A stretch of 29,368 nt of DNA. Origin: an uncultured bacterium. Its GTDB lineage: Bacteria; Planctomycetota; Phycisphaerae; Phycisphaerales; SM1A02. Shown piece after piece: positions 27,001 to 29,368 of the stretch (the first letter of the stretch is position 1; every line of letters starts with the position of its first letter). Where the stretch lies: positions 1 through 29,368 of the forward strand of contig CAIXEV010000627.1 in NCBI GenBank assembly GCA_903918555.1, given 5' to 3'. Both the position numbers and the translations under genes were made by a program. The notes below the pieces were generated by a model. That model did no database searches. It saw only the letters and a list, made by a program, of their open reading frames with translations, and was not told the origin of the DNA.

Positions 27001-29368
27001 CCTCCTTGCCTACGACAGTGCGTCGGTCGACGTGAATGTCGTCACCAAGCGCGAGGGCTCGGTCACGCCGACGGTTGGCAACGTGCAGACCTTCGCGGTC
27101 GACGCCACCGGTGGCACATTCCGGCTGACGGTCAACGTGCCGCAGCCCGGCAGCACCACGGTGCTTGCCCAGACCACCGCGGCCATCGCCTGGAATGCCA
27201 CGGCCGAGCAGATCCGCACGGCGCTCGATCCGATCCTGAACCCGAACGGGTCGATCCTCGATCCGTTCAATCCGCGCAACGACAATTCCAGGCCGTACAC
27301 CAACAACGTGGCGGTGACCCGCGCGGGCAACGTGGTGACCCTCGCCTTCCAGGGCGAGCACCGCGGCAAGGCGGTGACGGCGGTCGACACCACGGCGCTG
27401 ACCGGCGGCGCGGCGACCATCGACGTGGCGACGCGCACGAGCGGCATCAACTACTACGGCGTCGGCACGCTGAACATCACGTTGGGTTCGGGCGACGACC
27501 TCTTCAATGTCCAGGGCACCAGCGCGGTCACCAACCTGAACACGAAGGGCGGCGCGGACCGGATCTACGTCTCGTCGACCGCGGACGTGAACGCGTTCAC
27601 CGGGTCGAGCGGTTTCATGGCCGGCAACGTGGTGAGTTTCAGCGGCGATGATCGTCCGGTACTCCAGTTCGAACTCGCCGAGTCAGCCACTTCGGTCAGC
27701 ATCGAAATCCGCAACGCTGCGGGTACGGTGGTGCGTACCGTGGCGCTGGGCGCCTCGGCCGCCGGCAACCATCTGCCGGCCTGGGACGGCAAGGACACTG
27801 CCGGCAACGTGGTGGCCGCGGGCGCCTACAGCTACAGCGTCACCGCGACCCGCGCCGACGCCTCGACGTTCGCCGGCACGACGGCGATGCGCGGCACGCT
27901 CGACCGCGTGACCGGTACGCTCAACATCGACGCCGGCAGCGGCATCAACGCGCTGATGGTGAGCGATGCAGGCTCCCGCACCGCCGACACGGCGGTGCTC
28001 GTTACCAGGGACCGCATCAGTGGCCTCGCACCGGCGGTCGTCAATTACGTCACCACCGGCACGGATACCGACGGCAACGGCGGCACCTACGCCGGCGGCA
28101 TCACGATCTGGAGTGGCTACGCCGCGGATACGGTCACGGTCACCAGCACGCGCCGGGACAGCGGGCCCCTCGTGGGCGACCTTGCCGTGCGCACCGTGAC
28201 GTCGCTCAATACCGGCCTCGGGGACGACCGCGTCACGGTATCGCTGTCCGCCGCTACCGACGGGTTCTTCGCGGTCAATACCCAGGGTCCGTTCGACCAC
28301 GATTACCTCGGCACCGCGCGCACCGACGACGACACGGTCGTGGGGTCGGGCTCGTCGCTGCCGCTGATCGTGTTCGGCGGCCAGGGCAAGGACGACATCA
28401 CCGGCGGCAGCGGCGACGACATCCTGTTCGGGGATCGCGGCCGGGTCGAGTACAAGAACGCGTCTGGCACTGCGGTCCAGGTGCTGGGTTGGGGCGGCCT
28501 GGGCGACATGACCGACGGCCTCGCCCGCATCGTCAGCGTGGCGCGCACGGCCGACATCGCGGTCGGCGGCAACGACTTCCTGCTGGCCGGTGAGGGCAAC
28601 AACATCGTCTTCGGCGGTGCCAACGGCGGCGGGGCGCTCGCCAACGCGGCGGCGGCGGGATTCATTGGCGATTACCTGCAGACCGGCGCGGGATCGGACA
28701 TCCTGTTTGGCGACAACGGCACCGTCGAGTTCGTGCTGCCCGGCCTGCCAGGCGCCGGCAAAGCGCTGCGCTACCAGACCACGGACACCCTCGCCGCCAC
28801 GGGTGGCAACGACAAGCTGCTCGCCGGCGCCGGCACGAACACCATCCTTGGCGGGATGGGGGCTGACACCATCGTCTCCACCGACGCCACCGGTACTCAC
28901 GTCGATACGATCCTCGGTGATAACGGTCTCGTCGAGATGGATGCGCAGGGCGGCAACTACGCACTGGTGCGCACCTTGTCGCGGGCCTCGGCGGGCGGCT
29001 CGCTCGTCGACCTTGGCGGTAATGACCAGATCACGGTCAGCGGCAACCGCGCGGCTGTGGTCGTTCTGGGCGGAGACGGCACCGACACGATCGACATCCT
29101 GGGCGCGGGCAACCGGACGATCCTGGGCGACAACGGGATCGTGACCTACGTGGCGCTGGGCCAGGTTGGCGCAGGCCGAGCGTTGAAGTACGAGACGACG
29201 GACACGCTGCTGTCGACGAGCGCGGGCGGCACGGCGGGTGCGGACACGATCACGGTGACCGGAGACGGCGACAACACCGTGCTGGGCGGCCTGGGTGGCG
29301 ACACGATCGCGCTGAAGAACGGCCGCGACACGGTGCTGGGCGACAACGGCATCGTGCAGATGGATGCC
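2..29368 (+). CDS. Giant secreted repetitive RTX-type adhesin/surface protein, internal fragment of at least 9,789 aa (5'- and 3'-partial)
   Basis: Hand translation of frame +2 begins IGAAVTLALNDVRGGAKATIDR..., ends ...VLGDNGIVQMDA, and showed no stop. The ORF track lists + strand ORFs only in the other two frames, although frame +2 has ATGs from nt 632 onward, which fits no in-frame stop. GC-rich third positions, coherent protein repeats throughout, many GGxGxD motifs. Confidence 0.96.
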   Translation, partial: MGAAVTLALNDVRGGAKATIDRTTLTADGNVVVSATEAASLTAELSTDLVATTRPSIKPGTSLAVNASIATNTVLSGASAAITDSAVTTTSGGSVDVSASNTAEISATIAASTTSSGVSVGVTLAFNTIGWQSQNFLFNTLDALLGTGIGTAQPDETVAFIKNTTVAADGGISVTTDYAASIDASIESASVTLKGNVNGGTAVSVGAVIAMNKIASRTQAYVEGGATISASGDISISATDDSTIDARSAAASTSVAASVTASTSVSIGVSVARNEIENDLTAFIRNAGQVTATDGSVTVSAEQNAGIDATSTASSVTVAVAAGGGKAFGGGGATAVNYIRGKSNAFIEGGSVSATGTSAGMGDVAITADNTSSIHAEVAAVSVSAALGSGSSPAASIGFSLARNFIGWDSSGGSSVATTYTSSQNPTTLSTGQTVRIQGGTRAGDIYEYVGPTLTDGDPNTAGNQPIDLDIQNFHDKGAWKQVNLNASALEVQAYIKNASVTAADALTLDADSNSNIDAVVRAGSAALSGGGATGLAVSGAGVYAENRIKTYVKSYIDGDGTTGISARSVSLTADDASGIDAIAGASSLAGAIGGTTGAAVSIGLSIAFNEVSNEVEAYVLNADQGVSATAGSVTIAATSQGPHLFDLTLVGSLTTANLDDAAKADQDDPGTTGANEAKTDLAADMTFLGQLRTAMNTGLTGVGRAALAIADTVAAESMYTTGSGSRDLREGTTVKLAAGYSAGGVAGRVYRYVGADANNVNLGTQNYATTANWVLVDKLRLSTLVEGESWSLLAPDGTSYLLEKSGSLLKVSKNTINVVSSAASLSAGFGGTTGVAISGAGAVAQNVVLTRTNAFGQNSILRSSDDVALSAASTTTISSGVAAASLALGGGGTTGVGVSIGIAVAQNLIGWTPNASTSTPAQVQAYLKDTAVQAGGDLTQSAVARQTVNSVVLAGSAALAAGGTTGVGVSGSGVYAENKIGVDVKSYIDGDRSSGTAGVSADSVTLSASDKSIINAQAGASSLAASLGGTAGVAVSVGISLARNTITSAVEAYIKNADGTAASATDNGVTATAGGISLSASEAATINATSSAASLAAGIGGTAGIAVSGAGADAANVILTRTNAYAQGSTLSSTGNVALGATNTATIDAKVVSAAFSAALGGTAGVGASIGVALARNFIGKQLNGTSAPAEVQAYLADTSVSAGGSLALTATSNQTISTKVLAGSVALAGGGTFGGALAGAGASATNDIAVKVKAYIDGDGASGISATGITLTARDTSSISATVGAASIAASVGGTAGISAAVGVALARNTIANQVEAVIRNADTGVTATAGAIVLDADQVATITASSGAAALGAAVGGVAGIAISGAGAEATNVILNKVNAHVDASRLTASGAVTLTADDASTILAQVIAASASISVGGTAGIGASIGVALARNLIGRQLDGTSAPAEVQAYLVDSSVSAGGVLALTATSNQNISTTVLAGSVALAGGGTFGGALAGAGASATNDIAVKVKAYIDGDGASGISASGITLTARDTSSISATVGAASIAASVGGVAGISAAVGVALARNTIANQVEAAIKNADTGVTATAGAIVLDADQVATITASSGAAALGAAVGGVVGGIAISGAGAEATNVILNQVNAHVDASRLTTSGAVTLTADDASTILAQVIAASASIAVGATAGIGASIGASRSRNLIGWKLDGTRQEAQVQAYVLDSSIAAGGDLQMKATARETINANVLTGSVAVAGGTVGVAASGAGSETENRIATLVKAFIDGDGATGISARDITLTADDLSTIGASAGSASVAAGFGAAGVAVSVGLGLARNEISNVVDAYIRNADGAPGNANDGVVTHSEGSIRIEAINAATITTTALAASAAVGGGLVGVGFSGAGADARNSILTKTRAYVEDSDLVADDGDTTRTERVTISARDTSTITAQVLGLSAAVGGGLVGGAVSIGSSTARNFIGWTLAGTESPAEVLAFAKNARIAAADALSISATESATISAKVDAASVALAGGAVAIAASGAGADVQNKVSTKVQAYVDGSRGAGVVAGTGGLTISAQDTSTITAQAFAASVSGSVGLVGGSAAIGVALTSNSIGNDVRAFVRSATVSTTGNMTVQAIESASITAVSQAAAVSASAGLSVSLSGGGASASANVTTATRAFVESSTVTVTGDLVINAQVVATAVARVDATAASFGLISAAAAGSVVSATVNPTVEARLSGSTVSARDVTVSASAQPKADVQASGFAVSSGVSVGVSRADVTLAPVVTATAGGTMTANSLSVSARHLLPASGKSANAYAAASTGGLLIGVSATIARASNSAQVVAAIANSSNLNITGNVSVAASNSTRQDAEATAVAGGVLAAGVADSRTTSNTSNTATLGTNVTLTASSLSIGATGHDANYATTTAGSGGVAAGASAKAATSGTSNTLASIGASSNVNLSLRGTGELSLSAEHTAALNTLQITSAGGVIAGAGVSVDNEVISAVDATIGASATVLAREIDLSATNNVDKPTFADIPNPNPLLGLFIPTVSVPNVKGSTGGLASGAGISSDFRITLNTNVTVGASANVQTVGVITDDTLIRMRAFNSIVAQDKVSFLSGGAVAGASADAKIRTLADVARVTIGDGVTLLSKGALELSARGTGNVVQKISVDVFGAGTLVKGESRIDINPLNEVTIGSAAITAYGDLKISAGRDTDFNSDRYRLEARYDGLAGSLVPIDSVDGKAFLIQENRINIGTGAHLRTAGQAKLHAERDSINDLTAKAKITSWTSAIGDGLLALTGGGADQYNGHLLQEAHGTVTNNGTVETGITRRVMLSLNSWNAQAGTVTGTPSDGVTFTTSQEIQNSTLGTDLANAKDLLAKYGSIDAKLQAYYSSEVTRIQQEMLAKKLGFFQSDGVTFTPVTSYVMTVTVDPIRAQAGRIDVRGDQLVGESNGRWIAPTDASVTITNNTPAFLNLKGITIPDEVGRLFFNGGLVGTNAAIKAENQRNVDDDNSRSSAYADTTAQTPVIPTFGLLPTDATSGFAEPTITVTNALDVDDVTDGNTYVQPNITVLGPSRGGVGISNLSGNVIINFGGGAFVAQGAVTAKNLIVTGTGNVYIDGVAQFALGEPSSVWGGVTYGTTGGVTASGVINANVNPANVANLLAQGPTATGSMIARQIFIRANIINVNGLIQSGKDAYELNLDANAANEVRTKLNQGFGGTFKLDQTSAATGGDFNVWFNTATQSFEVRDVTVAGGSVTLEGKIVNTGNGKIRVLSGYGQIKVLNTTAYGVEVRKLDAAQRGQGTLVIIDKAKPSGGNPHTATTYQRNGVVGNETYAPSADMRYGWAVSWGTRTVEKIHRESSNWLGLVNLGSFDETGKTVENIAAPALEGGAGYYYSETNSSLQNATYNYSQATFQTNSTDPEAQWREVRHEVRSSWYGKKTYITDYQKRVDNKTVARHDISAHRNIAIEFFGGAEASVVVSSTSSRDVVIGSILNTSGTTTVSSGGAIRMAGADGAIGGRRVVLTALAGIGTDQRAVTTNVTDSSTSSLYAVTTNGNVNIVERSDDLAIDQVKATAGGNVSIVVPENLLVAATYEGLVQGSRINIDTSGGATSQGGGVGNSTTAPLVVESGNQLKDTVTVNANGNVFLKEKTGNLHLKQIDAGGGTVWVNVAAGGLIDANNSQTVDERIRSELEGGLWSELGLTENTGANQKVLDAIAGFKTTKETEYRTYWKYRGQQANPAVYDETFNVNLSADDEAYYRDVLGYDSPAITTLKNKLTQEYGDLHTRYGSYGNSFNAAFSYTLTSAEDTALRGSIRIWTAEELLFSMSGGVLKATADTVSVLEDPNIKGTDVTIITSQGIGNTTGKVVIDIATVQASGLTSEERIAFSAADRPDITYIVGNIVGSSASPVRFNFTQGASDTITRLDGGNFITDGFSVGRKVYVEGISLNATAKGVFYEVASVTASTITLTTGVRLVATEASMVAVLSPVIADPTGQFASVLKIGIDQRDDVNLKASGNVNVTAGTNIYLGTLDGFKVQAVTAADAVRIKAKDDIVNAASSGANITSSDLILESGQGGIGTSAKSFSVLLSSSGGLQGTLTARALKDVYISSAVTLKIAGVQSQNAGVYLTAGGSIVDGLSSDAPKLAGSVISLSAAVDIGASANWLETDLTATGTLTATAGGSIWLREVANNMNVDRITSTGGDVNLRAHQSIVDASTATGEPASKPGIDVKAKANINLASDFGAIGISGNDLDIDSDTSATDGVTGTLTISSFLGANLIEVAGDLAVDTITAGAGYTAFIAAPDGRILNGRASGSNVVSGKAFLFAKNDIGTSAKAFLTQVGNLEGQSTLGSAYITNTGAMTVGGVTASAVGMNVKGAVTLTTLSPIAVVSSIRSEGDITLTATDAAGDGDTLDVGYDGSGNPVSGVEIESTGGRVLLVSGDRFRLGASALLRAGTVEIRTDDSATSGLDGGGSIAIYGTIDAAETILAGGADNDVFMITVSATRAGSTTFVRGGLGADLIHVGSNATPTTNTGGTVNGIAQRLAIDGEGGSDVVIVDETGETVATSLVSDRETLGGAPYGRLTGLAAGNILYRSAEIIDVNLGAGDDTAQIKATESGTTMTLRTGTGNDTVTAGSTTADATSTVNDLSGALVVDAQGGAADVLRINDSGDAAANTGTLTATTLTGLGTAGITYTNVETLNLDLGGGGDAFTIASTHANRTNLRSQGGVDGILVQTVAGRTTIDTGLAADLITVGDATHDLAGIVGQLDIAGGGQTGDTLNVDARVATSALTGRTYTVGLVAGTAGVSGLGMTIGLNYTGIDAFNLTLGKGGDNLFVEGTNTATHVIDAYLGDDVINIGSISGVTRVYGDRITDASGATEKGFGGKDRIRVNYGQDGRQTFANGVAALLTVGGGEDDDLIEIGLSGKLSNPTTTPPQSRIKVESASAYPTDPGSDRLNVYGTNDSDLFLFRPGAIIALQTDANGDRVAGGGVERIDYATVSGGITVFGRDGDDTFAMDSTSSALTVYGDAGADRFQVGQIFKSPRDADAGLVGEDRFATTLTTRGYLSDGVNFDAFLYGGAGNDTFTIYRNKANVFLYGEEDDDTFTVRAFVAVDPNDPLKPITNINGGKGKDLITYTVNAPVNIDGGDGSDTLIVVGTEFADKIVVTDAGVYGAGLFVTYTSLENIVVDGLEGNDQFFIASTPAGATVSTIGGKGSDTFNVAGNVTAEPIDVVSNDLLGHSGIIDLAIPSANTTDAGYQNRFIGDISASVMDNESAGIALTMLGGVLRVFEGNSSSTLTRSRYSVVLTRAPQEDVRVTASPATIRQADALAGGKGIALNGSEAGTTLRFDRTNWFIPQIIEVTAPADTLAEGRRAINIQHTVVQGADLGDGGEYDSLALPSPVVEVFDDDAAGVVITPASNGQVIVNQDSSVSVGSDANAYYVSLARQPTGDVEINLAVQPDDNGVAQVYTDAQVYPAGVYAGIPHLSFNTTNWATPQTVKVTAKPDPTGVLQGTQFVRIQHSVAAESVNNFYGLSLDDVARGLAAKVAGDLTGQYTATATGTTVTITGKAAFTATSPDSRVTVVGAESAYSVAHITPAGAVAAGDRYTLSVNGRQSVYVAGANGDELTLAAVAQGIKAAYDASALAGVTASIASAGTVTFTGQTSVIPAFTARLVQSNASTATVTGTTVDGRFGKVTVTVAEEVKKDELWTLKLGDSTYRYVAGKNGEMTALPSIDVTLTDKDSAGVLVTQSGGDTRVIEPTDLVLLGAAEVTGTATPGQGLSIASADAVRLEVLIAEAPTATSVSSGRATVSGTQVWTQADITLSGTVVAGNTWSVRIEGRNYAYVAKDTDTTLAHIATGLMTVLTAPTTAPTPGLGGSYAVSLPEGSSGVVAVSKATGFTVQVLSGNGALTGTSAWRNPVIALSGTPGNSETWTVRVNGTNYSYATPATGAVTLSMVADGIKTALTSGGTPAFASAAVTKVALTQFIANFGASEINEAAGRKDSIFTAQSLEVDVWNRQPNANILNADTRPHVTVRGTGDGTTDVYKFVVTNEMLATGSVTATFDIDKGLDYFDSIFWASQLNLYNSSGALIARGLGYSNPSDPSKGAGGSTTWLDDFLTYTFTTAGTYFVEITNWIPLGTNSNGIPKGADYELQVSIDRHKTAEFVLEAAPVLKQGDTVQNVDAAGNWYTFLDPTIGNGTDIGSSTPYVKISALGDDTVDRYSFVVSAANLSQAGGTSGTTVGETPARTYYTSADVQLTGRVKAGDVWTVRLSGLDYTYTVSAADVTAETGASGAGLANIASGLAAKITARTTTNTDGVADITQGATYSAAVSADPKTLRITDPNGFWFALDHQIDDAAVVLREGAVQGNSTLPLTRADVVFSGTVTVGDVWTVTLNGTPYVYTTTTASLDDVAAGLDTAIGTVAGVSVAASGSTLGFTATGSNSFTLAVKESGQTADGVAKFTNVATRAAYQQADVALSGTVTAGNTWTLSLRDQADIATDYTFTATTTSLADVAAGLVSTLNTTKPGTATYAATQYGQVVRITDAGTGKFFTASIASSGTGSGTVNGIAVQTAAQDVKWTNAALALTGTFRAGDTYAVTVNAGTASAYTATYVAGAAGTAGTTGTTTTYAATLEGVALALRDAINNMAPAGKTYAATASGTTLTIADPAGVTLTYGVTGAASAGTLASANAWTKSLAFANPVAGDAGRTYTVAVDNVYFNATADATPTAAEILAALSTAINANASYAATYDTDATRGSGVLTIAKKDRSAIVARLEQGSVSTPSAAVADAAKVVTIGTPTADQVHTLILKETSSGTVRAFTYHADASPTAAEVATGLAAAVNAGSATHKFAVSRSADVADTLLITNTDGLAFTADTTRGSTSVVSGTSAYTYRLSGTVTAGEVYSVTLVPASGSASVFAFEAATTAIDDVLAGLAAAVNTAGSGYTATARTASDTLTIVNNAGATFSVSTTRGTAAADAGAASARLSGAVSIGDVFTVALKRGASTEYYSYAATTTSIDDVLTGLKTTIGTTNYAVTADATSGTLTVVRNSAGALTMSVDRGTAKDISSWAASISVGGTGIADGDTVTVRVAYGSGPTTKDYAVTVSGITVDMTDVQRQQTVAGLIATAINTDSPALFYADVESGSAVVNVFSAAKVDATTAIVSVTKQAGAASITLAPVTNATQSVQVTGTAAAGKVWTIGLPNPTAGTDYYSFAATTANLADVVTGLVAAINASTVTSGFSAVDSSHNGATVPSLTITRSSAIAFTASVANPAASLADSSGWTETLKLSGTVATNTAWVLSAKSGTTYATFGYAATSSDTTLASVASGLAGAVTGANYRALDTGNDTVTLFRIDRATTTVSTTAPVATLVDAAAWTETLRLAGTPTEGMVYAVGTKDAVPTPAYETYSVVAGSTPDLATLTTALATALDASATYDAIATGNNTITILRGADTNAFSALTTLGANPSDAAAWSKAVQVSGTVATGKIYTVALTTASGAPTYFNYTASATDTLDSVTTALSGLIDASSGYATLVTGASGSKVIHVLQQGGITGITSSTSLAAPATDAAAYAETVEVGDTVGGTVVARETWNITLTPSSGSPVTFSYVAGSGADIADAQTVAQRLAAQIHANVSYNATAFQTAAGTWVVAISAQGGTGGFTATQSVSAAAPLVRPTLGGEAKVAWTQQVTLADGAGLDDVWTVRLDGTSGLSNYQLTGSTDTSATAAAALAGSTGYVDLGTTGNVAKFRQVNSNFVTIGQRTWIDRLAPTATTAPAADSVAASARLTEYNFTLAGKVSVGDVWAIKLNGIEYKYTAAAGNNLNAVSIGLRAAINAGGLFTAAGSGADIKVTIKPGAWFTGFTQNLSQGGGKVRAVLDIDRTRVMQGVQTFLQTNYVPVYYFGFFGGYQVVTTAVNVSYIDTPVVTLRDASGNVVLPVSTNAGATTPDAGSTLLTDPLQTYELSAAGTYTVEVMASRQYLQANPFASNGLVGIASGQPYALNVSLQRHAVNEDAINLVGKQVTLTTGTNRGTTARILAYDAPSKTYTLDRDTTVGSGNRFDIQYDITSEYPAYAASSDTFQVVLTRAPTANVTLDVTPQVTATYNSDLAFSARDNYGQTEGIQVDTATPQAKIELTGTPVADQVWRLALGGVNYDYTASAAPTLASVATGLKGVIDAANAGYTVTVASGTLTVSRYAGDGAAFTALLSILPYSEGSVAITQLAATPWKAALAFAGPVRQGEEWKVRLNDVDYAYTVQYGDDLGAVTLGLFEQLKAVTSLRVSLTGLELTVATADRTTLLAASYTIKAAGTPAVVLPAATAGATVTSQLVFSSDALHGNGWNKQQTVTVTARDDRILEGHDLKVFPAMGERINTIRGPLFIDGGAQYSDANALNEPFMTAGETNLVRPNSTIAAFGTTTATINGQATTVATLTDTRITHVDAARGEMPGLDPRMNDYAYQITVINSPGVGTPMDLLLGGLKGDTLAVKAEDGTSTLQVVSFNGPAGASVSVKGRGDAGTLYSKADIVLKGDVFKDSVWELNVGGTAFSYTAGSRPGGATADDALTLDIVALRLGNEIAAAGFTVVRTGFLLEISRAASFAASFTPGKGNATILGTPASDTGVSWAVAEVKFAMTQPITAGQVWSVTLLKSGGAETNQTYTYTARTGDDLTAVILGLADQIDISSRYHSDIKYETATFTTNWPASPAVANGLGYYITPLNRNFLAVEADQVDVLNLFNRASVSDDAGVLTDSRLTGFGMGGDTVVAGKAVKGGISYQGLEQLNLMLGSGNDRLTVESTHLGSTTITSAGGNDTITIKTVAGHTFVDTGAGSDVVNVGSDLNVVDQITGLLVISQGGDGAGDVLNVVDSGDENANTATLTQSTLTGLDMPTVAEVQTIRVQAKEGTFRLGLAPELYVPGAPYGEAQTITYDKSGSGAGVSDIQTKLRVLYGTSDLIVTEVGREIAAGETDARAITYALTFTGAKAGVDMPKVVWAEARAAIDVSAQKPLTNLLAYDSASVDVNVVTKREGSVTPTVGNVQTFAVDATGGTFRLTVNVPQPGSTTVLAQTTAAIAWNATAEQIRTALDPILNPNGSILDPFNPRNDNSRPYTNNVAVTRAGNVVTLAFQGEHRGKAVTAVDTTALTGGAATIDVATRTSGINYYGVGTLNITLGSGDDLFNVQGTSAVTNLNTKGGADRIYVSSTADVNAFTGSSGFMAGNVVSFSGDDRPVLQFELAESATSVSIEIRNAAGTVVRTVALGASAAGNHLPAWDGKDTAGNVVAAGAYSYSVTATRADASTFAGTTAMRGTLDRVTGTLNIDAGSGINALMVSDAGSRTADTAVLVTRDRISGLAPAVVNYVTTGTDTDGNGGTYAGGITIWSGYAADTVTVTSTRRDSGPLVGDLAVRTVTSLNTGLGDDRVTVSLSAATDGFFAVNTQGPFDHDYLGTARTDDDTVVGSGSSLPLIVFGGQGKDDITGGSGDDILFGDRGRVEYKNASGTAVQVLGWGGLGDMTDGLARIVSVARTADIAVGGNDFLLAGEGNNIVFGGANGGGALANAAAAGFIGDYLQTGAGSDILFGDNGTVEFVLPGLPGAGKALRYQTTDTLAATGGNDKLLAGAGTNTILGGMGADTIVSTDATGTHVDTILGDNGLVEMDAQGGNYALVRTLSRASAGGSLVDLGGNDQITVSGNRAAVVVLGGDGTDTIDILGAGNRTILGDNGIVTYVALGQVGAGRALKYETTDTLLSTSAGGTAGADTITVTGDGDNTVLGGLGGDTIALKNGRDTVLGDNGIVQMDA
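1259..1450 (+). other. Small aromatic insert module 1 (Y...G.TV.I..G..AG.IYEYVG...IDL..QNF.D...W)
   Basis: Translation YTSSQNPTTLSTGQTVRIQGGTRAGDIYEYVGPT...IDLDIQNFHDKGAWKQV interrupts a beta-helix unit and is paralogous to 2159-2332. Confidence 0.7.
2159..2332 (+). other. Small aromatic insert module 2
   Basis: YTTGSGSRDLREGTTVKLAAGYSAGGVAGRVYRYVGADANNVNLGTQNYATTANWVLV has the same Y/G/YVG/L/W pattern as module 1. Confidence 0.7.
3557..5075 (+). repeat. Near-identical in-frame tandem duplication with a 774/777-nt period
   Basis: Long shared DNA stretches, e.g. gccggctcggtggccctggccggcggcggcaccttcggcggcgcactcgccggcgcaggtgccagcgcgaccaacgacatcgc, occur near 3671 and 4445. Copy 2 has one extra codon (GVAG vs GVVGG). 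Boundaries are approximate. Confidence 0.92.
8500..8706 (+). repeat. Perfect 21-nt direct repeat gagcgacggcgtcaccttcac (8500-8520 and 8686-8706)
   Basis: Read directly from the sequence. Both copies encode SDGVTFT, lie 186 nt apart and flank a helical-looking segment. Confidence 0.9.
10380..13400 (+). repeat. Haemagglutinin-like beta-helix repeats, second type
   Basis: Recurring IG...(L/F).(V/T)D....L.A.(A/G)(G/N).I.(L/I).E..G.(L/M).(V/I)..I.(A/S).GG.V.L.A..SIVD, e.g. DIGASANWLETDLTATGTLTATAGGSIWLREVANNMNVDRITSTGGDVNLRAHQSIVD. Confidence 0.7.
13425..15634 (+). repeat. RTX-like glycine/aspartate (Ca2+-binding type) beta-roll region 1
   Basis: GGADND, GGLGAD, GEGGSD, GAGDD, GTGND, GGAGNDTFTI, GEEDDDTF, GGKGKD, GGDGSDTL, GLEGND, GGKGSDTFNV. 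The GGxGxDxxx nonapeptide is the hallmark of type I secretion substrates. Confidence 0.85.
15779..16195 (+). other. Calx-beta/cadherin-like Ig-fold domain 1 (intact)
   Basis: DNESAGI...YSVVLTRAPQEDVRV...LRFDRTNWFIPQIIEVTAPADTLAEG...IQHTV...YDSLALPSPVVEVFDDD. The L.F...NW..PQ.V.V.A.DD...EG pattern is typical of Calx-beta-related domains. Assigned by eye. Confidence 0.65.
16190..17197 (+). other. Calx-beta-like domain 2, split by a 196-aa insert (16571-17158)
   Basis: YYVSLARQPTGDVEI...LSFNTTNWATPQTVKVTA...IQHSV...FYGL, then the insert, then ALPSIDVTLTDKD. This aligns with YDSL-ALPSPVVEVFDDD of domain 1. Confidence 0.65.
17954..18457 (+). other. PPC-like (pre-peptidase C-terminal type) beta-sandwich domain 1 (intact)
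   Basis: EINE...DSIFTAQSL...PHVTVRGTGDGTTDVYKF...ATFDID...SQLNLYNSSGALIA...GSTTWLDDFLTYTFTTAGTYFVEI...DYELQVSIDRH. The D.Y.F / DID / L.L...G / D.....F..AGTY.V / Y.L.V pattern fits PPC-type domains. Confidence 0.65.
18503..24001 (+). other. PPC-like domain 2, split into 18503-18685 and 23570-24001
   Basis: N-half: QNVDAAGNWY...PYVKISALGDDTVDRYSFVVS. C-half: RAVLDID...DTPVVTLRDASGNVV...GSTLLTDPLQTYELSAAGTYTVEV...YALNVSLQRH. Together they are collinear with domain 1. Confidence 0.7.
26636..27442 (+). other. Two 'EVQ'-type domains inserted in a beta-roll unit
   Basis: AEVQTIRVQAKEGTFRLGL...DIQTKLRVLYG...YALTFTG and GNVQTFAVDATGGTFRLTV...TTAAIAWNATAEQIRTAL...VTLAFQG. They sit between LTGLDM and GINYYG, which are adjacent in other units. 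Confidence 0.65.
27623..27895 (+). other. FlgD (flagellar hook-cap) Ig-like domain embedded in the giant protein
   Basis: GNVVSFSGDDRPVLQFELAESATSVSIEIRNAAGTVVRTVALGASAAGNHLPAWDGKDTAGNVVAAGAYSYSVTA matches the FlgD_ig signature F.L...A..V.I.I....G.VVRT..LG...AG.....WDG.D..G.....G.Y...V.A. Confidence 0.8.
28420..29368 (+). repeat. '(I/V)(L/F)GD(N/R)G' RTX-associated repeats, ~70-aa period, running off the window end
   Basis: The GD(N/R)G Gly codon lies at 28430, 28709, 28916, 29126 and 29339. Two subtypes alternate: GAG(K/R)AL(R/K)Y(Q/E)TTDTL and GDNG(L/I)V(E/Q)MDA. Confidence 0.85.

Larger units (their letters stand above)
26150..28420 (+). repeat. RTX-like beta-roll region 2
   Basis: LGSGNDRLTV, GGNDTITI, GAGSDVVNV, LGSGDDLFNV, GGADRIYV, GLGDDRV, GGQGKDDITGGSGDDIL. 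The unit at 26340-26635 is paralogous to 14070-14290 and 13895-14030. Confidence 0.85.

Noticed and set aside
2734-27651. Plus-strand ORFs in frames +1/+3 (e.g. 2734-4377, 8308-9111, 10228-11379, 17419-18324, 26947-27651)
   Set aside because: Arg/Pro-rich out-of-frame translations fully overlapping the real gene, typical of high-GC DNA.
27623-27895. Stand-alone flgD gene or flagellar operon
   Set aside because: The segment is in frame within the giant ORF, lacks FlgD's N-terminal region, and has no start, stop or neighbouring flg genes.
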